Assembly: GCA_030704615.1 (NCBI GenBank)
Contig: CM060733.1
Coordinates: forward strand, 9,052,001 to 9,116,000
Source: Takakia lepidozioides
Taxonomy: Eukaryota > Plantae > Bryophyta
Direction of reading: 5' to 3'
Length of the DNA: 64,000 nucleotides
The notes under the pieces are model-generated. The model was not told the DNA's origin, ran no database searches, and was given only the letters and a program-made list of their open reading frames with translations. Positions 36,901 through 50,600 of this stretch are shown here, one piece after another (position 1 is the stretch's first letter; every line of letters begins with the position of its first letter). The position numbers and the translations under genes are program-made.

Positions 36901-38762
36901 GAAAGCACTCAGAGAGTATATCTTTAAAGACTCCAAATGCTATTGCGATTAGAGTTCTCACACAGAAATCACCCTTCTGCTGTTTAACTCATCACCATTC
37001 CTTAAGAGTTCCGCCCTTTAGTCATGTTCAAAGATCTTTAAGAACCTCAATCAAACAAGGGCCACATACTTTAAGCTTAACGAGCTTGACCTCAGAGTTT
37101 CTCTAAGAAAGAGATGTGATTTGAGCTACACCTCATAAGCGTTACTGATCTCTTTAAACTTCTCCTCAGCTCCAGCCTGCTTGTTTACATCCGGATGATA
37201 CTGCACCCCAACAACAAAATCTTGGACTAAGTCAAAATGTAAGAACACAGTCACAATTTAGTCGTCCTTCAACTGTGCCAGGAGGCGCTGTACTCCTTCT
37301 GGCATCTAGACCATTCATATTCGCACAAGTGCAGCTGAGCTGTACACCATGAACCCCGCGAGGCACCCATCTTGATCATTTCTAGACCCCAAAACTTCAC
37401 ACTAAGCACAGCAGTAATCAAGAAGCTTCACAATGAGGAGGCAAAGGATCTACCTGGAGTTCAGACGAATTCTTAGCATGATAGTAACTATGGCTCCATA
37501 GCTCACCTCTAAATGAGGTTGAGGAGAAAAAGGTTCCCTTCCATCTTGTAGAGTGGGATCCAAACAACAAAGGGAGTGCTATAAACTAACCTCCAATGGT
37601 TCAGTCGTGTAATGTGGTTGACTTGCAACTTAGCTCTTCAGTAAACTCAGCCCCAGATCAGAGCAGAGCGTGGTGCTGGATTTACAATGAGAAATGTACC
37701 CCATCTTCACTATTTTGGGAGCAAGAGAGGAACAGAAGACATGTGTTGCCTGGTGGGTTCCATAAAGCCCCTGAATTATATTCCGGGAGTAAGACAGCTA
37801 CACCCCCTACACAAGCTGTATGAAAAAAAAAAATCGCCACCAAAGTCATACATTAATGACATGATAGCCTTGCTATTCTTCAGGCTAAAGGAATTTAATG
37901 TTTACATTTCAAAGGTTTGCTGTTAACAGCTTGCAGCTATGGTGCTAAGCTCTGGTCACTCAGCCATCGGTGGCCAATGAATAAGAAACGTTACCAAATT
38001 ACATTCCTTGAAAAAAGAAATATTATCCATCCGTCTCACATGCTCAAATACCCTCTCACTGTAGCACTCTATGCGCATATGGTTTAGTCAAAGGCTGTTT
38101 TACTCAACTAGTGCCACTCCTGGGTACCATTACCGCCCCCACAAACCGATACCAGACAATCTCCCATTTACCTTGCGTGCGAGTTTGCGGTAGGCATTTT
38201 TGATCTCTTGCTTTGTGGCAGTTTTCGTAATCCCCAAGGTGACGTAGTAATCAACCGCCATACTTACAGACATCCTCCCTCCTTTCCTGAGACGACCGTC
38301 TCCATGAAATTGAGACACTCTTTGTCTGAGAGAAGACCATTGGTACGCCTCTCCAGCCAAGAAGGATACCCCATCTCCAGTAGAAAACCTCCCTCTCTCC
38401 CCCTGCAAGACCCTCTCCTTTCCCCTGGCTCTTGACAATAAAACTTTTACTCTATCTACTCTTCTACCTGGCTTCGCCCAGGCAAAGCACACTCTTTCCT
38501 TTCTCCCAACTTGAATCCCTTTACCAATCTCTAACCTTCCCCTACTCCCACTCAACTGAGTTTTTCGATTTAAGCAATGTAACGAAGACCTCGAGACATC
38601 ATGGTTCCAACTTCTACAAGTAGCCGAACAAATCGACGAAGGTACAGATGATTGCAGAGGACTGATGGACGACGATGATCCACACAATGCAGACGATGGA
38701 GCCTGCGGAAAATTGATCTGCGACTTCCAGGTAACGCCAGGCGAGAATAACGACGCTGCCAT
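30955..38762 (-). CDS. dnaJ: Plastid-type class A DnaJ/Hsp40 chaperone, 11 exons
   Basis: Exons 38762-38172, 37200-37132, 36658-36563, 36358-36222, 35706-35511, 35358-35183, 34882-34753, 34281-34121, 33691-33594, 32295-32181 and 31183-30955 (last exon less certain). Ser-rich transit peptide, J domain with HPD, G/F region, four CxxCxGxG repeats, C-terminal domain. Confidence 0.9.
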
Positions 38763-41700
38763 GGCCCTGCTGTTGATTCTTCTCTTACACCATGCCACCC
38801 AAGCTTCGTCTCAGGTGTCTGTCAACACTTGGCTAGTGTTAGGTATCTCGAGTGGTCACTCCTCCATCACATCCGCTAGGGCTCCATCGCGCTAACTAAA
38901 AGAGACGACAGCACCACCTTTCTTCCTATCCTTCTCTGTGCCATGCATCCGTTAGGAATCTAGACCCCCATCTCTCGAATCCGTAGAGAATCAGAACCTG
39001 GAAATCCCATCGTTTTGGTCTGGTTTCGTAGAATCAAACACCTTGAACTGGAATCTATTAGGAATCCAAGTCTCGGATCTTAGAATCTTTGATATCGGCT
39101 TTGGATATCCAAACGATCTCTTCCACAATGCATGCTCTGCCGTGCAATACTAAATTTCAATGTATCACATTCATCCATCCGAGGCTCATACTTTAGGTCT
39201 CGATACTGATCTTGGCAAGATTCTTTTTAGAGCTGCTTGCTGAGGCCATCCATGGGAGACCATCTCTGTACTGCAGTCCTTTTCAACTACTATCTATACT
39301 CTCAGGTCCCCTCTCCTTGCACTTGCTGCTGGAGTTCCATGACGATAATCCTTGTGCGTTTTGAGGGGCATGGATTGCCCCCAGGAACACCTCCTTCATT
39401 CCAAACCCAAGCTCAGGCTGTTGCACGCGACGATCTTGAAGCCTTCGTCGACTATTGGGGACGGCGCGGCGCTTTACGACCTGTCCAGAATCCGCAGAAT
39501 CCGGACATGGTTTTAGTGGGAGGATAGTCACTTCAAGCTGGTCAATACCTTTTCAGAATGACCCGCTCAATGATCCCCTCCAACAAGTTTGTTATTCTCC
39601 TTTCGCCTTCTTTACATGGTTTACATTTTTACAATCTCTTTTCCCCGTACTTCTGTGCGTGCTTCTGTCGCCTGCCCAAGGCGCAGGCTGCAGCAGGTAT
39701 CATGCATTTTCCAGATCTGTTGGAGTCGTTGCTCTTCTTGCTTTTTATGATCACGATAAGGCTTTTGTTTGCGCCAAATATGCTTTCTTCACTTTCATGC
39801 ATGTAGCTTTCTGGCTAAGTCACAAGCCCTAGAACTTCCATTGGTTACCTTTTGGTTTCTCAGTCAGTTTATTTCTCTGTTCTTTCCTGGACACGATCTG
39901 GAGTATGATACTCTCCTGATTCGCTCTCTTCTTCTGTCTGAACATGTGGGTTGAAGTCAGCCTAATTAGGGTTTTTTTTTCCATAAATGACTTCTGCGTA
40001 GTGAAAAACCACATGGTGACTAGATTTATGATTAGGAGCAAAGTCATTGACCTGTTGTATCCTTTGAATGTAATAATTGTGTCTCCCAATGAACAAATTG
40101 ATATCACTTAAGGAGCATGGCACATGTGAGTTTGTCTTCACATGAATATGTCAAATTTTCACTCAACAAGAATGGAGAGACATAATGGAAGAGCTCTTTG
40201 ATGCCACCTCATCTTTTTTCCTCAATTGGCTTATGACGTAGTGTCGATTAAGGGATCATTATTGAAGGTGGTGATGGAGTCATTTAACTTCACCACATTT
40301 TGTCCTCAAGTTTTCGATCATTCTTAGGACAATGTTATCATCAAGTCTGCTTCCATAAATTTGCGTTTAGAGGTTGTGTGTTGTGTTTCTCCATGTTTCT
40401 GGATGATCCTGATGTCCTTGGATGTGAGTAGGGTCTTACATCTGAATCTGTACCCACAGTTGTACATTGACATAAAGAGTCTAGCGTTGGTCTTACTGAG
40501 TATCTTGACCAATGTCTTGTAGGAGAAAGCTCAAGAGAACGGAAGCCAATGGATCCATGGATGTTTACAAGCATATCAGATCAGGACAGGTGTGAACTGC
40601 TGAAGCCAGTGGATGATCTACCTACCAATGATGAGCTCAAAGAGCGGCTGCAAGCACATGGAGAAAAGTCTAGATTTCCAGGTGATGCGAGCTCTTCTTC
40701 CGGAAAAAGAGAAACATGGGAGGAACATATTGCTACATGTATCGGTGCTTCCTCTTCTATGGACAGTATATGTCCTATCGGTTGAATAAATTTATAGGAC
40801 AGCTGCTAGACTTGTTCGATGAGCAAGTTTCACTACAAGAAAGGTTGTCCAAGCTTTTGGAGAAAATCTGGAAATGCACATGGTGGTGTCAGCAATGTCA
40901 AGTACTTTGTAAGAAAGTACTGGTAAGAAGATGAGATGTTTTCTCCATCTCCTCTCCCTGTTTTGTAGTGCACTTTCAATGCATTTCTTGTTCAGGACCA
41001 TTCATTGCACTACCTCTTTCAAATCAACTTCAGTTACACAAACCAACACATATGTGTGTGAATATCCATCTCCTAATTCAAACATTGTGGTGTTGGTGTG
41101 CACGGTCAGAATCCTAGGGGTAATAGTTGGTAGTTCTGTGTTTGGAGGTGTTTCAAGTGAGTTATGTGCTGGGTGCGTGAGGGGGGTTTGGGGTAGCGGA
41201 GTTTGAAATCTTGTGGAGTAATAAAAACGAGATTTGGTGTTCAAATCCTGTCAGGTTGTATTGCGGCAGTAATGTGTGTTATTAAATATATATTTTGTCA
41301 AAGGGTCTGCCGGTCTGCTGGAAGGTGTGCCCAGTCCGGTCGTCGGTCTACTTGGAAGGTCTGTTGGAGGAGGGTCTGCCCAGTCTGCTCGTCGATCTGC
41401 CTGCCTGTCCGCTAGAAGATTGGAGTTGGTCTGTTGGAGGGTCTGTCGAGTCCGCTAGAAGGTCTGTCGCGGTAGATGCACAAGGACTTAGAAAAATTTC
41501 ATATATTGCAACCGCAATATTGGCGGTCCATATATATTTGTTTTCTTTTCTCTCTGTTTTTAAATAAAGTAAAATTTTATCTACATGGTCTGTCCACCTA
41601 GGCCGCCACATCGTATCTATGATAAATAATCAATAATAAAATTAAAAATTAAAAATTAATTACACATGGTAATGTGCTGTTTGGATGTGACATGATGTGA

Positions 41701-42722
41701 CGAAGTCCGGACGTGACATCCGACGTCCCAACACCACGTCACATTCTTATGTGCAACAAAGCTCTCGATAGTTGTTGAAGACAGAAAGTTTGAGGTATGC
41801 CAATGACAACCTCTGCCAAGACTCTTTTTAGAACCTATAAGAGCTCGAATTTTGTTGTCTGATGTCTTCCCTACGTTTGCAAGTTTGGCTTCACGCCAAT
41901 CACAAAGTTTTATCACCATGGATTGCAACAATGTTGTAGGCATAATATGCTCAAAGGATGATCATGTCACCACATCTAATAACTGGTTGAAAGACATATC
42001 TGTAGCGGTAGTGTCATCATTGAGTACTAAATCAATCTCATCCAATCGCTCCCAATCTTGAATTGCATTATCCGAAAAACAAGCAGCGACCATAGCTACA
42101 TTGTAAGTTAATAACTCTAGTGAAGAAGAAAGCACACTGCTTAACTCATTGTCTATCATTTCTGGAGTTAATCCACGATGTCTTATGCGTCGTTTTGCAA
42201 GAATGTTGTAGGAAAGTGCATAAGTGTCGTCCATGTTAGAACATAATGATTGAATACAACCCTAAAAAATCCTCCAAAAGCTATGGTTGGTTCTTTGCAT
42301 AGCAACTCCGTGTCAGAGGGTATAACATCCTCAAACTTGAGTGCATTCTTTATGAAGTCAACATACACATCTTGAGCTACCACAAATTTACTCTCAAGCT
42401 CTGCCAACTCTTTTCTTTCATCGTCATAGTAAATGACTGTTGGGGCTGACGATTATTAATCACCTCATGTGTATGCCTCTCGTCTTCCCATATTGTGATG
42501 TAGTGCCTCGAATTATAGCCTGCAACAATTGGATGGTTACTTGAGTGTCCCCCAATATATCAATTCGTTCATCATTGAACATCAACCTTATACTTCAAGG
42601 TGACTCATGATCAATATATGGAGAAATGTTCTCTTGGTTTTCACATTATGTTGGTGAGTTGGGCATTTGTCGTATAGTAGACCGAAAATCAATGTGAAAA
42701 TCCACATCCGATACATTTCACG

Positions 42723-43218
42723 GTTACAAGTGTTTTGATTCAACGTTGAAGTTGCAGCGTGATTCAATCCCCGACGTGGGGGCCAGTAAAACCCCTCAGT
42801 ATCTTGTACCTGAATCCATTGATGGTTGTATTCATGGATCACCGGGGTCAAGTACATCATCGACAGCTCCTGATGCTGGAGAAGAAAAATTGCCAGCCAC
42901 TCTGGCTAGGCTCCAGCTGCAAGAGACTAATGACCAAGCATGTGTACAACATATTGATTCTAATATAGAAACTCTGGAAGCTTTCGGTCGAAAGGCTTTG
43001 TCTTCCTTTGACCGAAGTGTTGTCGAAGCTGCATTTGCCACGGCCACACTCCTAGAGCAACATGTGCAGAAAGCGCTGATGCAGTTTCTGAGATCAAAGA
43101 CTGAGGTCGTCATTGTGGGACCAACCAATTCAGACGTGACCACCCGTGTCCCAACCATCAGTTTCGTTCACATGACAAAGAGCTCCTCGGGGATTGTGCT
43201 TGAACTTCACAAGGCAGG
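42723..43218 (+). pseudogene. Cysteine desulfurase-like (class V aminotransferase) exon, C-terminal part
   Basis: EQHVQKALMQFLRSK..V.IVGP....RVPTISFVH...S..IV..L. Confidence 0.7.
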
Positions 43219-43285
43219 GTGGTTCGCAATGTAAATGCGTATATAGAAGAAGAAGACTCCGGCCAAAGCCATATCATACTATATA

Positions 43286-43552
43286 CTTAATAAAACGACC
43301 GTACAATATGTGCTCATGAAGGGCCAATATTTCAAAAGAAACCCACTGATTTGCTATTTTTTATGAATTTTCAGTGATGAAAAATTCAATATCACCCACA
43401 CCGTAGGTCCAAAAATGATGAAACCACCTGGATGCACCCCTACTCATCAAGAGCTTTCCAGGGGCATCAAAAGCCCAGGGGGAGCCTTGCAATTTGGGAG
43501 ATCTCAATATACATAAACAAAACAAAACAAACTACCTTGCTTAATATATTGA
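43286..43552 (-). mobile_element. Possible short non-autonomous Helitron-like repeat
   Basis: Minus strand begins TCAATATATTAAGCAAGGTAGTTTGTTTTG (TC start) and ends in a degenerate hairpin-like, TTAAGT-type terminus. Boundaries are approximate. Confidence 0.35.
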
Positions 43553-43886
43553 TGTCCTTCAGTTATTTCCTTTTTCCTTAGGACTGCTTCTCATTTTGTG
43601 TCTCATTCGCTGTGTCTGAGAGTGTCTGCCTGATTCCCATTTGCCATACCCTAGCTCATCATATGTCTGCATGTAAATATATTTCTACTCACCTCTTTGT
43701 CCCTCCATGTGTTCAATTTCTGAATTCGGGTCCTGTATTTGAAAGCTGAGGTGAGGATCACTGGGTCAAGATGGAGGTGATTTCGCAGACACCACTGGGA
43801 GAAACAGAATATAAGTTCTCAATGTCAACAGTCAACTGCAGTCAATAAACTTTATTTTTAAAAAAAGGAAAAAAATGCCACTCATA

Positions 43887-44262
43887 CCAATTCGGGCCAA
43901 AGCTTCCAAATACTCTGAAATTGCCAGAATCCCAGCACAACCCTCGTGAGAAGCGCCACCGAGCTCAAACTTATAAGGCAGATCACTGGGGGAGATGAAG
44001 CCAAAATTGGGTCCTTCCTCTTTCACATCATCAAAGTCGTCAAAAGTTCCAAACAGGGCAGCCATATGAGGCCCATAAGTTTTATATGTACTGAACACAT
44101 ACCAATCTACTCCCCATTTTGCAACATCCAGAGCCCTGTGGGGCGCATAAGCGACCCCATCGACGACTACTCTCACTTTTTTCGACCCTACCTTCTCCTT
44201 CACAAATTTCACAACGCTTTCCACATCAAGTATCTCTCCCAAAACATTTGAAACATGACTTA
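43887..44262 (-). pseudogene. Cysteine desulfurase-like exon, central PLP-binding part
   Basis: HVSNVLGEILDV...VDGVAYAPHRALDV...FSTYKTYGPH (PLP lysine)...FELGG; GT donor at ~43886; 5' side truncated. Confidence 0.85.
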
Positions 44263-45881
44263 CAATACAACAGATTCCGGCTTTAACATCTTCCACATTT
44301 GCCCAGTCGTAGCATATATGTCTACAAAATGCAAAGGGGCAGTCCTGGTTGCCATTTGTGACCAGCAGAAGTCGTATATGCCACCTTGTACCTCCGCCAC
44401 GTCCGGATCTGCGGTCAAACACGTTTGACCAGATAGGGGAAGATGGTAGATACGACTAGGAGTCATGGCCAAAACTGCAACAGGATGACGTGGGCATGGG
44501 AATGTATGACTGCCAGTATTCACAACTGCACGTGGCGATTGCCGGTTGCCCAAGGAGTGTCTACGTGGACGATGCAAACATAAATGGATGAAACATATGC
44601 AGGATGTGATTGCAAATGACAACGTGTCAATCTACCATTGCTCACAGGGTTGGACATTCAGCTGCATTGGATGCAAGTGCATCTAACGGCTGCACACGAT
44701 GCATGTTACTAACGCGTGGGCTTGGTGGAGAACAGAGACAAGTCCCGAACATGCGTATGAGAGGCGACCATGCAGGTTCTATGATGGTTAAACCTGTGCA
44801 TTGCATTTTTCGAAAATCGGCAACACAATTGAAAGACAAAGGCTTGAGAGAAGACGAAACGATGCATTCAGTGGATACGCACCCTGGTGCAAAACACCGG
44901 CTAGTCATTCACATTCACAGTGATGCAAAATATGTGTAGACAAAAAGACCCAGCGGGTAGTTCAGGGCACCCAAAAACGAGTGGTGTTCGCTATACCGCA
45001 ATCTGCAAATGCACTGGCCTACTCAGAATCATGGCACATTGTGTGCGCAATGACTCTCATTAAATATTACAGGATGCCTTCACACACAAGAGCAGCAACA
45101 AACTTCATGACTGACATCCTCTCACAACTCCTCTACAGGGAGAACCCAATTGGACAGGGAAGCTTAGTGATGTGGTACCACGCCGCGTAGCCATATAGGT
45201 AGGGGTACCGACGCCCACAGGCGTCCAGCCTTTTGCTACAAGCAGATCTGTAGAAAAATTGAGGCACGGCCTCCCTTCGGTGAATGCTGCTGGTTCCAAG
45301 CCAGTGAAGCACAATTAAACAAGCCTCTTCCGCATGACGGCTAATTCGCTGTGCTTCTGCCTGCTCTGCAGCATACTGAATTGAATGCTCCCTCTGAAGG
45401 CGCTCCATGTTGCGGTGCCATTGAGTTGTGTGCGCAGTTCTCCTGAAGCGGGATCGCATGGTAGTCGTGTGATGATGGGGCAAGTTGGCCCACAACTATG
45501 ACCACAGCAAATGCGTTTGCATGCTAACCGTGTGATGCAAGGGCGACTTGCCAAACGACGAAGTGAACAGGGACGACGTAGACACTGTAAAGAAGCAAGA
45601 GCGATGAAGAGCGAGCAGAATGAAAGGCAAGTGGAGCGAAGTGGAGATATAATTTGCGCTCCCGCCAACCTGCTTCCCGCCAAATTCTAATGCAGTGGCA
45701 AAACGGGGGCACCGTTGCGAGCCAGACTATCAATGCATCATCAAACTGCCATGGACTGCAAGTTTAGGGGGGTGGGAAACACAAGGGAAAAAATTCCGAG
45801 TCAAGCTAACCGTCTACCAGCCTTCCTGACAAGGCAAACTGACCACCTTGCATGTCCACGATTCCGTGTTTAGGCCACAGA

Positions 45882-47137
45882 TTGTACTCATAAGACGTTG
45901 TTTGCCGTAGCCTTGTTGCCATTGACCCCTCACCCAGTTTGAGCGGGAACAAAAGGGACAAAACCTACCTCTGTTAGGGGCTGACGTTGGTAGTAAGACT
46001 TACCTTCATATATAGAATTAATCCGGGTTTTCCAGATATCCTCTAGAAATCCCTTCACACAAGCATCAATCTGTTGTGTGTGATTTGCCCAAAAACTAGG
46101 CCTCAGGAGGGCCTGGGCTTTTGGCTCAGCCCCGAGACTTTCAAAGTTGGTAAACAGGGGTACAGGCACAATTCCCTTGATAGATTTGAAGAGAGCGTCT
46201 CTTTGGTGAGAGAACCCCGGACAGTGTATCAGAAAATGAATACTGTGTTCTGATTGCCCACACAACGGGCAATTGCACTCTCCCTTTCCTCTCTGCTTAT
46301 GTTTGCTGTTCAAAGGTAGGCTTCCTGCCCTGAGTTTAAATTTCAGTCTAGTGCCGAGAGTGGGTAGACCCTTGAGTTCATCCAAGATGTCCTCCCCCAT
46401 GTCACTGACTGGAAACAAGTTCAGGGAAGTTTTCTGCGTAACTTCATTTTCATTAGACAATCTCATGGCACCAGACATGGCTTTGGACACTATAGCCTCT
46501 GCCAGGACTTAGCCTCTGTTTCCAAGATATAGAGTCGATTAACTTAGGATATCTGGTGTTGGGCATATGTTGCAGCTGACCCCACCATATGTGCTTGAAT
46601 TCATCTCATCGGGAGCTTAAGGACGGAATGCCAAACTCACCCCCACCAGGTTTTGGAGCATGCTCACATACACTCTTTAAGCACCCCCACTGCAATGGAT
46701 TCTAGAGACTTAGCTTGGTTGGAGTTATCAACCCATATTGCAGATCTGTACTCCAAGGCAGGTCTAATAACGCGACAAAGCATGGTTTTCTTAACCTCGG
46801 AGTTGACCTCTCTGCAGTGGAAAAATTCAGTGAGCCCCAGAGCTTTGCCCTTGCCAGTTTGAACAACTTTCCGGATATGTGCATCCCAATTACAATTGGA
46901 GAAAAACTCAACGCCCAGGTAAGTGTAAGAAGGGAGGACCGGGATCTCTTGGCTACCCCACTGCCACTTAAGATCACTTCCTCCCTCTCCTCTGTCGTTG
47001 AATGCTACCACTGCACATTTGTTGTCATTAGCCTCTAGCCCCCAAAGATCAAAGTATCTCTTCGTGCAATCAATCAACTCTTGGAGATTGGTTTGAGTCT
47101 CCCCTATGCCTGCGAAGTCATCCGCAAACATAAGGGC
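45882..47137 (-). mobile_element. 5'-truncated non-LTR retrotransposon (RTE/L2-like RT plus C-terminal CCHC finger)
   Basis: FADD, YTYLG and CPLC...HFLIHC motifs; perfect 15-bp TSD TGTTTAGGCCACAGA at 45867-45881 and 47138-47152. Confidence 0.92.
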
Positions 47138-47604
47138 TGTTTAGGCCACAGAATACGCTATTGGTTACAAGCCTAACGCTGGATTGTACAGCCAGTGTTC
47201 GCCATGGGTATGACGAGTGCAGAAAGGCAATTGCGACTATGTGAGTGTAGCATGCATGATGCAGCAAAGTAAGAAATTGCATACTGCTTCTTGTGAAAAT
47301 TGAAGTGGAGTGGGTACTTCTGCAAAGCCTCCATACTGGTGGCATCGTGACATGGAAACATCATCCGACAAAAATGAGGGGAATGGGTAAGGGTTCTTCT
47401 CAACAATAGCACAGAATTGCACAAGCCATGGTGGTGGCTCTGCCAGAAGTTCAAACCAACATTAACAGTCATGGTAATGGCGTGCTAGTCATAGTGCATC
47501 CTGCAAGAAATCTTAGCCCCTCTACACTACAGGTGAACTTCACTACCACCCATGGACCTCTTGAAATCTGGATGGCAGTGAACAAGCATGCTGCCATAAA
47601 AGCA

Positions 47605-50600
47605 TTACACATCAACGTCAGGCAGCTCGTCCGGGCTGTCATCTTCTTCCTCATCGGTACTGTCATTCTCCACCACAATGGGGGCCTCGTTGCGCACATC
47701 CCTGTATAGTGAGGCAAGAACTTCGGGAGTCACTTCAATTGTCTGACCCAAATTCAGGCCTGCAACATGTGTCTCTTCGACTCGTTCAGGGGCTAAGAGG
47801 CCTTCCACACTACGAAGATCATCGTTACCAATTGACACATCACAAACCACCCGAGAAGATCTGGGGCTTTTCTCAAGGACCACATTCCACTGAGGTTCAT
47901 GAACACAAGTGCTGAAAAATACCTGCTCCATTTGTGACAGCAGCACGAATGGCTGCTCTTGTGGAGCCAACATTTGGGAGAAATTCACCAATGTGAACCC
48001 ACAATCATCCTGCTTCATGGATGCATGCTGATTGCGGCTCCCCTTCTTTTCCCGAACCCAAGAACACAACATCACAATGGGCCTTGTCTTCCCATAGTCA
48101 ATTTCCAGTATCTCCCTAATGACACCCACGTATCGCAGGCTTTCTACCACCTCCTCTCCTGCACTATTTGTAGATACATGGTGGAAAACAGATGACACCC
48201 CTGAGTCATATGACACTCTACTTGTGCCAATATTGGTTGAAGACACCCTGTAGTGGTTTCCATAACCTGACATGCTATTGTATGAAGTTGCAATGATCGA
48301 GGGAGGCCTGGACAAGTCCAACATTTGGCAATACATGGGATCAGATTCAGAATTGGGAATCCTTGCCACATGTGAGCGCATAGCATCAACCAGCCAGTCT
48401 GCATATTTGGGAGGAAGAGCCAAGTCAGGTGGGTACTCATAGTCCTCCCCGTGAGCTGCCCTCCCTTCAGCACGTTCTTCCTGCAGAAACAACCAGCAAC
48501 TTGCCTCCACACGTGCTCGAATTGTTTCATACATCCTGACATATATGAATGTGTCCCTCCCGTGAGAACCAACACGTGCACATAATGCAATTACATGACA
48601 ACCAACAACTACAAACAGGCATAAACAGGAAGGGAATGAACTGTTGCATTGTCACCTTTGTTAATGAGCTTCTCACTTACTCGAACATGGCGCGCGCATG
48701 CTAAGATAGTTTTCAATGATGTACTGGTGGAGAACTGAACACAGATCTGCCGTGAATTTGCGGGGTTTCCCTGCTCCTTCCAACACGCAGCCAGACACGG
48801 ATTCCTCCTCTCTTGCATCCCACACTCTCCGTCTAGTAGCATCAAAACTGGCCGTGTACTCTGTGCAAAAGCCAAGAGCCTCCTCAAACATGTAGCCCTC
48901 GGCCATACTGCCTTCGGACTTTGCCATGTTGTGAACGTACCCTTTGTAATCCTTCATAGCCCGCTCCACAGGGTACATCCACCGGGAGGTCACAGGGCCA
49001 CACAAATCCAGCTCGTCAACTAGGTGAATAAGCAAATGCGTCATTATATCAAAAAAAAAAGGGTGGGAACTCTTTTTCAAGGAGGCAGAGTGTGGCAGTC
49101 GCCTCCTTCTTCAGCTCTTCGTGCTCGCTGGGATCAACCACTTTTGCACAAAGTTTGCGAAACACTCGGGATACTCGCAATATGGCATTTCGTACGCCCT
49201 TAGCCATTAAACCACGTAGAGCAAGAGGGAGAACTTGCTGCATAAGCACATGGTAGTCATGTGACTTTAATTGTGAGAGTTTTTTTTTAACAACATGTTT
49301 TTTAAAGGCAGATGCATACCCCGTTGGCACTTTCAGCTTTGTGATTGTGTTCAGGAACACCCTCAGCTCATCTCCTATGAGCACATAGGGCGCTGCGGGC
49401 ATCACGAATGTGTTCTCCCTCGTGGGATGCCTTTGCAACCACAGGTGGGGATGAATGCCTTGTAGCTCAAAGTCACGACGCACCGTCATGGTATCCTTTT
49501 CCCCAAAAATTGTCTTGATGATATTTTCTGTGACATTCTTCTCGCAATGCATCGTGTCAATGGTGTGGCGGATCAGTAGGTGCTGCAATTCATGTGCCAA
49601 AACAATTCACAATAAAGTCAAATGGTGACACAAATATGCCAACACACTAACACACATATGTGAATAAAAAACAAATGCACAAATATGCGAAATAGACAAG
49701 CATGAGTGAGGAGTCCCCGTACCTCCCAATAAGGCAGACGATACAAAATGGACAGCCGCTTGACACCATGGATTTTTGAGGGATCAGCCTCTGCGATTGA
49801 TTCCTCTTCCTCAACCCATTTTGAGTATTCCTCAGCACGCGTCTTGATTTCACTGCCTGTCAGGAGCAGTGAAGCATGTCTCATTTCTCGTTCGCCATTG
49901 AAGAGCCTAGATCTCCTGTATGCATGGTCGGTGGGAAGAAATCTCCGGTGCCCCTGGAATATAATTTTCTGACATGCTGCTGAATACCACAAATCAACTC
50001 TAGAGCCACAGGCAGGGCAACCTACATAGCCTTGGTGAACTTGACCTGCTAGCAGGCCGTACGTTGGGAAGTCGTGTATGCACCACATTAGGATGGCCCG
50101 CATGTTGAAAGCCCGTTCATCATGAATGTTGGCCACATCATGGGCTGGGACTCCCACCCACAATTCCGCCAGCTCCTCCACGAGGGGTTCGAAATACACA
50201 TCAATGTTCTCCATCTTCACGGACTCCTTAATGAGCAGCGACAACATGACAAAGAGTTTCTTGGTCACCAACCAAGGAGGTAAATTGTAGTTGAGTAGTA
50301 GGATGGGCCACGTTGACCAACTCGTGGATTTTGCACCATAAGGATTCACCCCATCCAATGCCAAACCAAGATGCAGGTTGCGTGGATCTGATGCGAACTC
50401 CGGCCAAGTGTTGTCAATGTGCGACCAGGCTTTGCTGTCTGCAGCATGACGAACGAGCCCATCCTTGCTTTTGTGATTGATATGCCAACTCATGAGCTCT
50501 GCCACCAATTTCACTCTAAACATTCGTTTCAACCTGGGTATGAGAGGGAAGTGCCGCAAAACTTTCTTAGGCACCTTCCCACGACCTGCAAAATACCTTC

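Noticed and set aside
39237-40934. Possible spliced plus-strand gene divergent from DnaJ
   Set aside because: There are exon-like patches but no consistent gene model or recognisable domain.
44300-45860. CACTA terminus or TnpA exons
   Set aside because: No CACTA/TAGTG terminus with a 3-bp TSD was found, and the ORFs are uninformative.
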